A stretch of 64,000 nucleotides of DNA, taken from assembly GCF_003918875.1 (NCBI RefSeq), contig NW_025767457.1, positions 1,364,001 to 1,428,000 on the forward strand, written 5' to 3'. The translations under genes were made by a program, and so were the position numbers. Each line of letters begins with the position of its first letter. Positions within the stretch are counted from its first letter, which is position 1. Below the pieces are notes generated by a model that was not told the origin of the DNA, did not search any database, and saw nothing but the letters and a program-made list of their open reading frames with translations. Of the stretch, positions 37,732-49,894 are shown piece after piece. This stretch comes from Haliotis rubra. Lineage: Eukaryota.

Positions 37732-40700
37732 GACCCCCCGTTGTGGACCCGGGGGTATATATGGTCCACCAACCCGTTTGCCGTGGGTTGCGCCCCTGTG
37801 TCGGTGGAGGAAGGGAGTCTGGTGGTTGAGGGCATAGGAGCCAGGAACAGCGTTCCTTTTGCCCAACACACCACTTCGGCCCTTACTTCACCTAGACGGG
37901 TGGTAGAAGTGGCCCGGTTCTATCAATCGGCTGGTCGCGCCAAGCCCTGTGCACATTTAACTCATTACTTAGTCGTGGTCATTTTGAATATCACTGTTCA
38001 AATTATTATCATATTAAATTGCCTAGAGTCCTATGCCAGAAGGCGGTGGCTCATGGGCCAATCTGGTAACATTGACCTCCACATTTGATACGTACCTATT
38101 TTCTTGTCATCGGGCCAAACCAGCCTGACATTGGGATTGGTGTACATATATTACTATTTGTGTCATGGTTGCTGGAGTATAACAATCCTGTATCCCTAGT
38201 GTTTGCATCTTGGAGATCCGGTGCATTCCAACACTGTCTCCTTTGACACTCCATGGTGGGTGGGGAGCAGGATTGTTGAATCACAATGATATTACCATGG
38301 CTCATATCCATTCTGGTTTAAACCGTAATGAGAAGAAAAGACATCTAGAAGCTGAGAGTTTATCATCCGATGATGATGTTTCTGCTTCGCAAAATTCAAA
38401 TTCTTGGGCACGGTTTCTAGTTGTTGAATCAAGGAATAACCTTCCTTTGAAACTAAATCCATTTGCTATCTGTAAAGCTATTAAAGGTATCTGTGGTGAG
38501 GTCAAGAATGTTTCAAGGCTCCGGGGCGGCTCCCTTTTGGTTGAATGTTCCCGGAAACAACAAGCTATCAATCTTTTAAAGTGTACTACTTTTGCAAACA
38601 CTGAAGTTGTTATATCAGAGCAACGTACACTAAATTCAAGTCGTGGGATCATCCGTGACAGAACACGCTGTCTGGCAGAAATGACAGAAGCTGAAATCTT
38701 GAAAGAACTTTCAACACAACATGTCACTTCCGTGAAACGTTTCACCAGGAAAGATGGAGAGCTCATTATCCCAACTAACACTTATTTGTTCAATTTTTCT
38801 CTTCCTACCATACCTAGATCTATAAAAGCAGGATATTTTAACATCGGAGTGGAGGTATATGTTCCTGTACGTTAACATACATTATCAACTCTTGAAGCAC
38901 TTACCAGAATCCTTACCGATCCTTCTAATTATCGACCAATTTCACTGACTAGCTGCGTTTGCAAAACCATGCAACGCATGATCAATAATCGATTAGTTTG
39001 GTACTTGGAAACCAACAACCTAATAACTGATATACAGTGTGGTTTCAGTTAAAACAGAAGTACAATTGATCATTTAGTGCGTTTGGAATCTTTTGTTAAA
39101 AATACCATAATTAATTAACAACATGCAGTGTCGATCTTTTTCGATCTAGAAAAAGCATACGATACTACGTGGAAACATGGTATCTTAAGAGATTTACATG
39201 ATTTTGGATTACGGGGCCGTTTGCCTCAATTTATATCCAACTTTTTTACATGACAGACTATTTCAAGTCCGAGTGGGTTCTACCCTGTCTGACAATTATA
39301 ATCAGGATCAGGGTGTCCCTCAAGGCAGTATTTTGTCTGTCACACTGTTTAGCATTAAGATAAACAGTTTATCCAAGGTTTTAAATGATTCAATAGATGG
39401 ATCACTTTTTGTGGATGGTTTAATATTTCTTGTCGCGGTAAAAATATGCATACTATTGAACGGCAACTGCAGTTGTGTTTAAACAAGATAGATAAATGGT
39501 GTCTCGAAAATGACTTTACATTTTCTAAATCCAAAACTAATTGTATACATTTCTGCCGTAAATACAAACCGCATAAAGACCAAGAACTATCTCTAAATGG
39601 CACACCCATCAAAGTTGTGAAGGAGGCCAAGTTCTTGGGTATTATTTTTGACTCGCACTTAACGTTTCTACCACATATTAAAGCCCTTAAAACTAAATGC
39701 CTGAAGGCACTTGACTTGTTGAAAGTCGTTTCCAATTCTAAGTGGGGAGGGGATCAAGCTACCCTCCTACATCTATATCGATCACTGGTACGTTCCAAAC
39801 TTGATTATGGTTCCATCGTTTATGGTGGAGCCTGCAAAAGCAACCTCAAACTATTAGATTCTGTCCACCACCAAGGTCTAAGACTTTGTCTTGGGTCCTT
39901 TAGAACTTCTCCTGTTGACAGTCTTTACGTCGAGGCCGATGAGCCATCTCTTACACAACGCCGTATACAATTATCCTTGCAGTATGTAACAAAATTATAT
40001 TCTAAAGAGTCAAATCCTGCATTTAACTGTCTTTTTAATCCCTTTATGATGATCTGTACAACAAAAAGCCTTCTCTTGTTCAGCCTCTTGGTTTGAGAAT
40101 TAAACAATTCATTTCTGCTGCCAGCATTGAGCTGGAAAATATATCTCCTTCGCGTCTACTTTCTTCTCCTCCTTGGCAACTGGTGAGGCCTGAAGTTGAC
40201 CTAACTCTGACAAAGTTTAAGAAATCTGAAACTAATGAATTACAATATAAACAAGAATATAATCAATTAAAACATAAATATAATACATACAAATCCTTAT
40301 TTACAGATGGGTCCAAGGATGGTGGCGCGGTGGCATGTGCCACTGTCATTGGATCCAAAACAATATCTTCTCGACTACCAAATAACAGCTCTATTTTCAC
40401 AGCAGAAGCTAACGCCATATTAACAGCTCTTAAATATATTAATAAACACCGTAAATATGAACAATACATCATCTTTTCCGATTCTCTTTCTTGTCTTCAG
40501 GCTATTAAAATCTTTCTTGTAAACATCTACTTTTATTAGAAATTATTGAATTGTATAATGAGCTTGCTACTGGCCAATGCGACATCGTCTTTTGTTGGTT
40601 ACCCAGCCACGTTGGCATTTCTGGTAACACAATGGCTGATCTTGCTGCCAAGGCAGCACTCAACAAATCTGTGACACCACTTCTGATCCCATACTCTGAT

Positions 40701-41658
40701 TACAAAGCTGCTATAAGATCTTATATCCGTGATCTGATGCAAAAGAAGTGGGACAGCCAAGTAGGTATCAATAAATTACATGCAATAAAACCAACTATCG
40801 GTTACACCTACTTGGGTTGTCAGTCCAGATTTGAAGAGGTCATCATACGACGATGTCGTATTGGCCACACAAGATATACTCATGAGTACCTATTAAAAGG
40901 TGAGGATCCACCGTTTCGTATCCCTTGTGATGAAAGAATCACGGTCAAGCATGTCCTGCTTGACTGTGGTGAATATTCCATCACAAGGGATAACTATTTC
41001 AAAGTAAAAACTATGAAGGATCTTTTTAAATTTTTAATAATGTCAGTTCTCATTTAATTATTGCATTTTTAAAGGAATTAGATTTGTTAAGTGATTTGTA
41101 AATAGATATATATTTTATTATTGGTAGTTTGAATTAGTAACTGAGATTGTTAGTGGCTGTACCCTCAAAGGGGGTTGACGTAGCGTAAAATTGCTAAAAT
41201 TGTCCTCCTGCGAGGGTATGTAAGTCCCAAAACATTTGAAGTCCATTTAAGTGTACCAGGTTTTTAATCGTAGTATTGTTGTGTTTTTAATGTATGGCTT
41301 AATGTCAGCATCAACGCCAATGGCTGAAGGGATGGTGTAAATCCAGCTAGGGTCCATGCAGGTAGCAAAAGTAATGTAAGTCCCCATGGTCCCTAGTATG
41401 GTGATCTCCCTTCAGTTGTTGGCGATCTCTAGCCACTTTTTTATATTGCATTGTCCAAACAGTGCTATTTGTTTTAACTTTCTACGCTAGTTTTACTTCA
41501 AATTGTGATATTCTAGTTGTTTTACTGTCCTTCGTCGGCAGCTTTTTATAATATCTATATATATTCTATTTCCATATGAAATGTTCTCGTCACGATATGG
41601 CTGAAATATTGCCGATGTGACGTTAAATATTAACTCACTCACTCACTCACTCACTCAC
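37674..41658 (+). mobile_element. I-group (I/Nimb-like) LINE with intact ends and a large internal deletion
   Basis: 5' ribozyme and UTR. ORF1 (38297-38875) is joined directly to RT, so the zinc knuckles and APE are lost. RT, RNase H (FTDGSK, FTAEA, IFSDSLS, WLPSHVGISGN), C-terminal CCHC and (ACTC)n tail. 12-bp TSD tcagtgcctttg at 37661-37672 and 41659-41670. Confidence 0.95.
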
Positions 41659-41754
41659 TCAGTGCCTTTGCTATCTGCATGGACCCTAGCTGGATTTACA
41701 CCATCGCTTCAGCAGCTGGCGTTTGTAGGTTGTTTTATAAAAGACAGTTAAGCT

Positions 41755-42950
41755 CAATGTGATGACCGTTTGAGTTGTGTCTGTTCGACATGAATTTACA
41801 AAAAATAAGGCTGGCCTTCTAGTTCCAAACTCAAAGTTCACACATTGTAGACGTTTGGGATGAATAATCTTATCGAGTGCTGCACGAAGATCTAGCAGTG
41901 TAATAATGCAAATCACCACCATCAACACCACGGGATATGCCATTCCTGATTTTAAGCAGTGCTAAAGTGACCTCAGTAAGGAGACTGAAAGGGTCATGCT
42001 GATCGTGTTCGTCGAGATGTTCAGATGAATGGAATCCTTTAGACGACTAGGTGCAAATCCAGCTAGGGTCCATGCAGGTAGCAAAAGTACTGTAAGTCCC
42101 CATGGTCCCTAATGTGGTGATCTACCTTCGGTTGTTGGCAATCTATAGCCTGTTTTCATATTGTATTGTCATGTATAGTGAAAATGTTTTAGATTATATT
42201 ACTAGTTTTACATTTATATCTGTGATATTCTAGTTGCTTTACTGTCCTTCGTTGGCAGGTTTTTATACTTTACCTATAATTATTATTAATATATAACTTG
42301 ATATAGTAACGATAGGGCTGAAGTCCTGCCGCTGTGACTTAAAATCTTAACTCACTCACTCACTTTAGACGAATAATAGGTTTGCAAGGGTCTATAACTT
42401 TTCAGACTTTGACAATCCAATCCACTATTCTTCGATAGTGGGTAACAGGTCAACTGGTATGGTACTTGAAGTCATCGACTGACCAACGATCCTGGCGATT
42501 GAAAAATGAAGAATGTCAGTATTTTCATACAACAGCTTAGTTGGGATAGGATCAAGTGCAAAAAAGATGTACTCTTCTGTCTTCATTAAAGAGAAAGTAC
42601 CTCCTTGCTGCAGCTCTGGATTTTGTCAGAGAATGTCTGTTCTTGTCTGATGAACCATCTGCATCATCGCCTAACTGAGAGTGTAAGAGCTGCTCGCTTT
42701 CTATGAAAACCTCTCAGGAACCTGCTATCCCAAGATAATTTGAAGAAGATGGGATTGATGAGAGCTTTTGTTAAAATTATTGCAGCCTATGAAGAGCTTT
42801 TGAATCGGTCATCTTCTCTTTGATCTCATTTTTAAGGTAGCTGATCATGCTCGCATAGCCAAATTGAGTTCGTTGCTGGCCGAGGCATAGAGCAGACGGA
42901 AAATATCCAGCTCATTTCCCTCCTTAAGCACTGCTTTTGTGAATATACTA
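41755..42950 (-). mobile_element. Degraded L2/CR1-type LINE RT remnant, interrupted by the fragment at 42047-42362
   Basis: ALDPIPTKLL, SYRP.ANL, ALLKIRNGI and IITLLDLRAALDKIIH..L. Confidence 0.8.
42047..42362 (+). mobile_element. 5'-truncated I-group LINE 3' end
   Basis: 3' UTR and (ACTC)n. 10-bp TSD ctttagacga at 42037-42046 and 42363-42372. Confidence 0.9.
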
Positions 42951-43269
42951 TTCATTTGTTGATATTTGTACCAACATTTCATTAAAAACAGCTGAAAGAT
43001 CACGATTCAACTTTAACAGACTGATGAATTTGAAAATGTGTTTGCATGGTAGCTGATCGGCTTGGTTGTGTTTGAATGGACCAGCCATCTTAAACTGTAC
43101 AATGGTGGCTCAGACGACTACTTTACTCCCGTCCAGTGGCATCCAAGAGATCCCTGATGGTGTTGTATTCATAGTTAGAGCTGGACAAAAGGTGCTCAAA
43201 AGGAAGTCTGTCAGAAGCACCACATCTGTTTGCCAACGTTTATGTTCGACAATATCATTGCACCATATA

Positions 43270-43700
43270 ACGCGCAGGCAACCAGATCAACCTGACCAGC
43301 ATTACTTCCAAACACAGTCACATTACTCCAGTTCTAAAGCAGCTCCACTAGTAACCTGTGAGAGCCAGGATTCAATTCAAGACACTCTGCCTCACATACA
43401 AGTCCCTTCACGGCCAGGCTCCACCCTACATTGCAGATCTGATCAACCCCTACAGTCCATCGCGCGAACTTCGCTCACAGCAGCAAAACCTTCTGACAGT
43501 GCCGAACTACAAACTTAAAACCTTTGGATACAGAACTTTCTCCTACACTTCCCCTGTCTTGTGGAACTCTATCCCATATGACCTCAAACACTCTGAATCT
43601 CTGGACTCTTTTAAATCAAATCTCAAAACCTACCTCTTTGCTAAATATTATCCTCAATAGCCTTTATCTGTCAACATGTCTATGAAAAATGTCTTTTTGA
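43270..43700 (+). mobile_element. L2/CR1-group LINE ORF2 C-terminal fragment
   Basis: HITPVLKQLH..PVRARIQFKTLCLTYKSLHGQAPPYIADL...LRS...FGYRTFSY..PVLWNSIP...SLDSFKSNLKTYLF. Confidence 0.9.
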
Positions 43701-44059
43701 TGTAAACTTGACATTTAATAAGTTTATTAGTGTACACGAGAAACTATATATTAAAGCTCTGTTTACCTGATATAGGTATAGGCATATCATCTCAGAAAGT
43801 GTTAATATCAGTAGTTGTTAATTTACCATTTTTAACGCATTTATAGGTACAGTACATGCAGTCAATGTGTGACGTTGATAAGTACAATGGTGCTGATATA
43901 CAAGGTATGCAAAACAATAAATGATATTTCAATAAATGAGAGAGTCTGCAAATGCCATCAGATGGCACCATAACTTCACTCACTTATAGGTACAGTACAT
44001 ACGTTAGTAGTCAATGTGTGTCAATTGTGCTGATATGCAAGCATACAGAACAATCAATG

Positions 44060-44175
44060 ATATGTGTGTGTACATATGTACGTGTGTGTGTATGTATGTG
44101 TGTACATGTGTGAGTATTTATGTATGTATGTATGTACGTACGTATGTATGTACGTACATGAATGTATGTGTGTGG
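44060..44175. repeat. (GT)n/(GTAT)n compound microsatellite
   Basis: Direct inspection. Confidence 0.9.
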
Positions 44176-44239
44176 AGGTTGGGGGGCATTGTATCCATAT
44201 AAAATAAGGATAAACATAGACAAAATTATTCATCCGTCT

Positions 44240-44860
44240 CCTTATAGTGCTTGAAGAGTGCATGTAGAGATGACCAAAAGGAGTAGAATTTGTTAACACC
44301 ACAAAAGGAGGAATAAACATATTTTGTAATGTCATAATACTTGATTATCTCCCTTTTCACATGACTAATAAAGGGTACAGTTGCATTTCTTTTTTTTCTT
44401 TTTTTTTACACTTTATTTCTTTTTGATGGGTACATAATTGTTGCATTTGTGGTACATAAATATACAAAGTATGAACATGAGTGGTAGATAATCCGTAGGC
44501 TAGAAGAATACATTGTTATTGTAATTTATGTGAAGAGGTTATGGCAAGATGACCAAAAGGTGAAGAATTTACCATAGTTACAGTGCGAAAAGGCAGTACA
44601 TTTGTCAATTTCATACAGGGTGTGTAGGTAATTTTTTAATCCAACAAACTGCGGATGTGAATTAGAACATCTCTTTGCATATATATAGTATTTTGTTGCG
44701 ATGATAATCAGGTTTAATACATCATTTCGTTTTTCTTTATATCCAAAAATGTTGCATTTCTGCTGTGTCTAATGATAACTTGATTCACAAAAAGTATTTT
44801 GACATTAATTGGATTAGTATTCATTCCTTTGATTCCAAGTAAAACATTCTGTTTTGTGAA
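44240..44860 (-). mobile_element. L1/Tx1-type LINE ORF2 C-terminal remnants
   Basis: IFGYKEKRNDVLNLIIIATKYYIYAKRC...LYEIDKC...KFFTFW (44530-44760). A second short related piece lies at 44240-44340. Confidence 0.7.
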
Positions 44861-44879
44861 ATGAGATGGGTAATTGATT

Positions 44880-45105
44880 TATTATCAGTGTTGTTAATAT
44901 CAGTATTGTTAATATCAGTGTTGTTAATATCAGTATTGTTAATATCAGTATTGTTAATATCATTATTGTTAATATTAGTGTTGTTATTATCAGTATTGTT
45001 AATATCAGTATTGTTATTATCAGTATTGTTAATATCAGTGTTGTTATTGTCAGTATTGTTAATATCAGTATTGTTAATATCAGTATTGTTAATATCAGTA
45101 TTTAT
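44880..45105. repeat. 15-bp minisatellite (ttgttaatatcagta) x ~15
   Basis: Direct inspection. It produces the spurious NNTDI and LLISV ORFs. Confidence 0.95.
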
Positions 45106-45402
45106 TGTTAAATGACATGAACACATTGAAGGAGCTTGTGTATTTTAGTAGTTTGTACTGTGGACTATGATCACATCAGGAAATGATTGGATTGTATTTT
45201 CTTGTACAGAATCGATTATTTACAGACCCCCGCCATATAGCTTGAACGTTGCTGAGTGCGGCGTTAGACAGCAAACACAAGTGTATTTATATAAAACTAA
45301 GTCACGGGAGTTCCTGAAATATGTGATTAATGCCAATGCTGCCAGTAAATGACAAAGTGACAAGAGGGTTTGCCATTCAGGCACATTCTCTCGAGTAATT
45401 TG

Positions 45403-45755
45403 GACCGCCTCCGTAGTGTAGTGGTTAGAGCGTCCGCCCGGAGAGCGGAAGGTCGCGTTTTCGATCCCCGACAGCGTCATACCATAAGACGTTAAAATAT
45501 GGTACTTGTTGGTCCTTGCCTGACGCTCGGCATTAATGGGTACAAGGACTGGTGGGCTCGGAGTCAGTATAATGTGTCTGAGTGGGGTATTCATGCTTCA
45601 CTGCGGCATGGTAATGGTATCTCAGTGGGCTAGCACTTTAAAACCAGCTTAAGTCTGGGCTAGTACAAGCAGCCGCACATACACATGCATGCACGTCGTC
45701 ATATGAGCGAAATATTCTCAAGTACGACGTTAAACCCAATTTCACCTCACCTCAC
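45403..45755 (+). mobile_element. tRNA-derived SINE (family 3, V-SINE/RUDI-like)
   Basis: Near-identical to 24258-24613. 13-bp TSD ctcgagtaatttg at 45390-45402 and 45756-45768. Confidence 0.92.
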
Positions 45756-46286
45756 CTCGAGTAATTTGAACATCATAGCCTCATGTCTATCATACAGATC
45801 CTTTGGTAATAAGAACGGCTCTAGACTGTATCGTCTGAGTAATCTCTCAATTCCCCCAAAACAACATCTGAACAATGTAACCGTGACATTTAGACATCAC
45901 TTATGTATCTGAGGTATTTGGTAAACTACAAAGTATATATACGCAGTATGTATCAGGAAAGGATACGAATTCCTCAACCAAACATATTTGCTCTGAGATG
46001 ACAAGGTACACATTACCAGACAGTGCGGATTACAGCAAAGGCTTTCATCACGAACCATTCGTTAGATACGACAGGATGAAAACTACGTGATGAATATCAA
46101 AGTATTAACATGTGCATAGACGGTAATATTCCATGCCGTGTTTATATTAATGGTCTATGTGATTTTTTAAAATTGTTATTCCAATTCTTGATCACGCAAT
46201 CGTAGCCCAGAGGCTAATCTGACATGAAGATGTTTTGTTCCAGAATGCTATAGCCTTTGGGACATTCATAATCGCTCTCCCAGTAG

Positions 46287-46762
46287 TGAGTGAGTTAATA
46301 TTTAACGTCACATCGGCAGTATTTCAGCCATATCGTGACGAGAACATTTGATATTGAAATGAAATATATGTATATTATAAAAAGCTGCCGACGAAGGACA
46401 GTAAAACAACTAGAATATCACAGATATGTATGTAAAACTAGTAATTAAATCTAAAATGTTTTAACTATAGGGGAAAAACAATACAGTATAAAAATGGGCT
46501 ATAAATCGCCAATAACTGAAGGTAGATCACCATACCAGGGACCATGGGGACTTACATTACTTTTGCTACCTGCATGGACCCTAGTTGGATTTACACCATC
46601 CCGTCAGCCATTGGCGACAGAAGAGAAATCTAGCCATAAATTAAAAGCACACATATTTTACGATTAAAAACGTGGCAAGCCTAAATTTACTCTAAATGTT
46701 TTGGGACGTACGTACCCTATCAGGAGGACAATAATTTTACAATACTTCAACCCCCTTTGAGG
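46287..46762 (-). mobile_element. 5'-truncated I-group LINE 3' end
   Basis: 13-bp TSD gctctcccagtag at 46274-46286 and 46763-46775. Confidence 0.92.
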
Positions 46763-47993
46763 GCTCTCCCAGTAGAAGTCCCAGATACAGCCAAACATGC
46801 AATGAAACCCCGTTAGTCTGGAAACTCTGGGCGATTACCGTTGGAAGCGTCTGAAATACGTTAATTGGACATTTTACTAATCAAGGGTATTGGTATTGGA
46901 AATATTTTGATTTGCTGGCGACAGCATAGTTATTCTTGTGTTTAATATCGTTATTGGGGCGGTGGGATAGCCAAGTGGTTAAAGCGTAACCCACTTACCT
47001 TCGATGTGTGAAGCCCAATTCAGGATTCTCCTGTCGTGATATTGGGAAAGAGCGGCCTAAAACAATACGCATTCACACATAAATCGTTAGGTAACAGTAT
47101 CACACATGCTATATACCTTTTCTGCGGCGTTCGCCTGTTATATGAAACAGTAAAACATCAACCTTTCCATCTCACATGAAATTAGATATATATGGCATGA
47201 CGCACACAGTTTTTCATTGAAGTTCATGGGAGGAAGGCTATGGTTAACTCCATTTATTGCGTGTTAAACCAGTGCTTGGAGTGTCCCTGTCTGTCTGTTA
47301 CGATATTGTATATCAGTATACTCGGCGTCCGCCGTCCGAGACATAATAGGCTCTCTTAACAAGACACGGCATTTAAATCTGACGATGAGCCATCAGCATA
47401 TTGGAGAATGTGTTTTTTCTCTTCGAATCTCTACAGACGTTGCGTACTAAATACATCAGCCGCCAAACCATGTGTCGAGGTTGGACAAAATACAGATCGA
47501 ATAGAGGCTACAATTAGAATTTTTATGAGACAGAAAATGTAAATTGCGGGAAACGCAACGCTTTTATTCACAAAGAAGTGCTGAGATGGTATCTTCTCAG
47601 AAATATGAGATTGAGGTTGTAACACCTTTCAACTAGATATTCCACTTCTTGGGGAAGGTATATAACACCAACACATTTTTAAAGGCTTTTGAAGTGAGGG
47701 AGCATGTAATTATACGCGACAATAATCGGAACATAAAGTCAGATTAAATGCGTTTAACTTTAAATTATAGAAATACATTTAAGTGAAATCGAACCAGATT
47801 AAAAAGGAATACAGATCACGCGGATCAAAGGTTCGAAAAGATATTGCACTGGGAACAAAACCACGAAAACGCATTTTCTAGTGTAAAAGTTTTAAATTCA
47901 ACAAACTTTTTAAATGTAAATATTAGTTAGAACCTCTGTTGATACGAATTCTTTTATGTTTCCTGTGTCTTGGTTAGTGTTCATGTAACTGGT

Positions 47994-48135
47994 NNNNNNN
48001 NNNNNNNNNNNNNNNNNNNNNNNNNNNNNNNNNNNNNNNNNNNNNNNNNNNNNNNNNNNNNNNNNNNNNNNNNNNNNNNNNNNNNNNNNNNNNNNNNNNN
48101 NNNNNNNNNNNNNNNNNNNNNNNNNNNNNNNNNNN
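47994..48135. other. Assembly gap (N run)
   Basis: Ns in the sequence. Confidence 1.
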
Positions 48136-48300
48136 TCAGGCTATAAAAAACAACTTTCTTGTAAACATCCACTTTTAATCGAAATAATTGCATTATATAC
48201 TGATCTTGTTAGCGGCCAATACGACATCGTCCTCTTCTGGTTACCAAGCCATGTTGGAATTTCTGGTTAGACACCACTTCTCATCCCATACTCTGATTGT
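48136..48300 (+). mobile_element. I-group LINE RNase H fragment
   Basis: Matches 57700-57910 (SCKHPLL, WLPSHVGISG). Confidence 0.85.
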
Positions 48301-49189
48301 CATTAGATTACTGACTCTATGTTTTATCTCTTAGTGCACAGGACCCGTGAAGATCCGGGGTAGAATAGGTCTACAGCAACCCATGCTTGCCACAAAAGAG
48401 GCGACTAACGGGATCGGGTGGTCAGTCTCGCTGACTTGGTTGACGCATGTCATCGGTTCCCATTTGCGCAGATCGATGCTCATGCTGTTGATCACTGGAT
48501 TGTCTGGTGCAGACTCGATTATTTACAGACCGCCGCCATATAGCTGGAATATTGCTGAGTGCGGCGTAAAACTAAACTCACTCACTTTTGTGCCAAGGGA
48601 TAGGCAGGGAAACAGCAAGTGTCATCTGATATTGTCATTTAGTATAATGCGGTGTTGTGATCAAACCATCCACCTTTTCGCTTATTGACCCTCACAGACA
48701 ATGTATCGGCCACGGAATACGTTCTTGTGTTACAAACATTGAGATAATGAAATGAAGATACATAATCACAGAGTATAATGTCTGTAAGATGAAATATCGT
48801 TTTCATATTATGTTGTACAACGGTAAACCTTACACATTACTTTGGGGAAGTATAATAATACTTATTCAGTGGTTGTCACGAACGGATTTTCTGTCTGGAT
48901 GATTCGATATATGTTGCCGTATCGGATGAAAGCCGTAGCACTTCCGATGTATGATATAAGGGACATATTGACTACGCTACGTTGCGTCAGACACATATTG
49001 ATTTTAGGAGCAGGTACTGGACGCCATTACTGCAATAAATGACATCATATTTCTTAGATGTTTAATACTTCTCATGATCCGAAAGCACAATCGTTTGTTT
49101 GCCTGTGAGTTTGAATTACCTAAACAAATTACGTGTATCATTGACAAAGCATACTTAATATTAATCACACCCATGTTAAAATGATGGAG

Positions 49190-49894
49190 TCAATTTAAAC
49201 CTACCAGGAGTTTTAAACGTAGTATTCTTGTTATTTTAATTTTGGCTAGCATTTCTTACAATCGCCAGCAGCTGAAGGGATGGTGTAAATCCAACTAGGG
49301 TCCATGCAGGTAGCAAAGGTACTGTAAGTCCCCCTAGCATGGTGATCTACCTTCTGTTGTTGGCGATCTATAGCCTGTTTTTATATTGTTTTGTCCAAAT
49401 AGTGCTATAAGTTTTAACTTTCCACGCTAGTTTTAATTCTAATTGTGGTATTCTAGTTGTTTTACTGTTTTACTAGTTACCTTCTGTTTTTGGCGATCTA
49501 TAGCCTGTTTTTTATATTGCATTGTCCAAATAGTGCTATTAGTTTTAACTTTCCACGCTAGTTTTAATTCTAATTGTGATATTCTAGTTGTTTTACTGTT
49601 TTACTAGTTACCTTCTGTTTTTGGCGATCTATAGCCTGTTTTTTATATTGTATTGTCCAAATAGTGCTATTAGTTTTAACTTTCCACGCTAGTTTTAATT
49701 CTAATTGTGATATTCTAGTTGTTTTACTGTTTTACTAGTTATCTTCTGTTGTTGGCGATCTATAGCCTGTTTTTATATTGTATTGTCCAAATAGTTCTAT
49801 AAGTTTTAACTTTCCACGCTAGTTTTAATTCTAATTGTGATATTCTAGTTGTTTTACTGAAATATTGCCGATGTGACGTTAAGTATTAACTCAC
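49190..49894 (+). mobile_element. LINE 3' end containing a ~130-bp unit repeated four times
   Basis: 13-bp TSD taaaatgatggag at 49177-49189 and 49895-49907. Units start at about 49348, 49478, 49609 and 49740. Confidence 0.92.

Larger units (their letters stand above)
37359..41750 (-). mobile_element. Old LINE 3' end (37359-37672 plus 41659-41750) that hosts the younger LINE
   Basis: The 3' UTR sequence ggggactttcagtgcctttg|ctatctgcatggaccctagc is split by the insertion. Confidence 0.88.

Noticed and set aside
38302-38781. 159-aa minus-strand ORF (also 39355-39735, 53619-53867)
   Set aside because: Antisense to LINE ORF1/ORF2, with no independent support.
44821-45126. ORFs encoding NNTDI / LLISV repeats
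   Set aside because: They are translations of a 15-bp minisatellite, with no coding evidence.
45403-45475. tRNA genes at SINE heads (also 5180-5254, 24540-24613, 32110-32181)
   Set aside because: The A/B boxes continue into SINE bodies with tails and, for family 3, TSDs. No complete cloverleaf.
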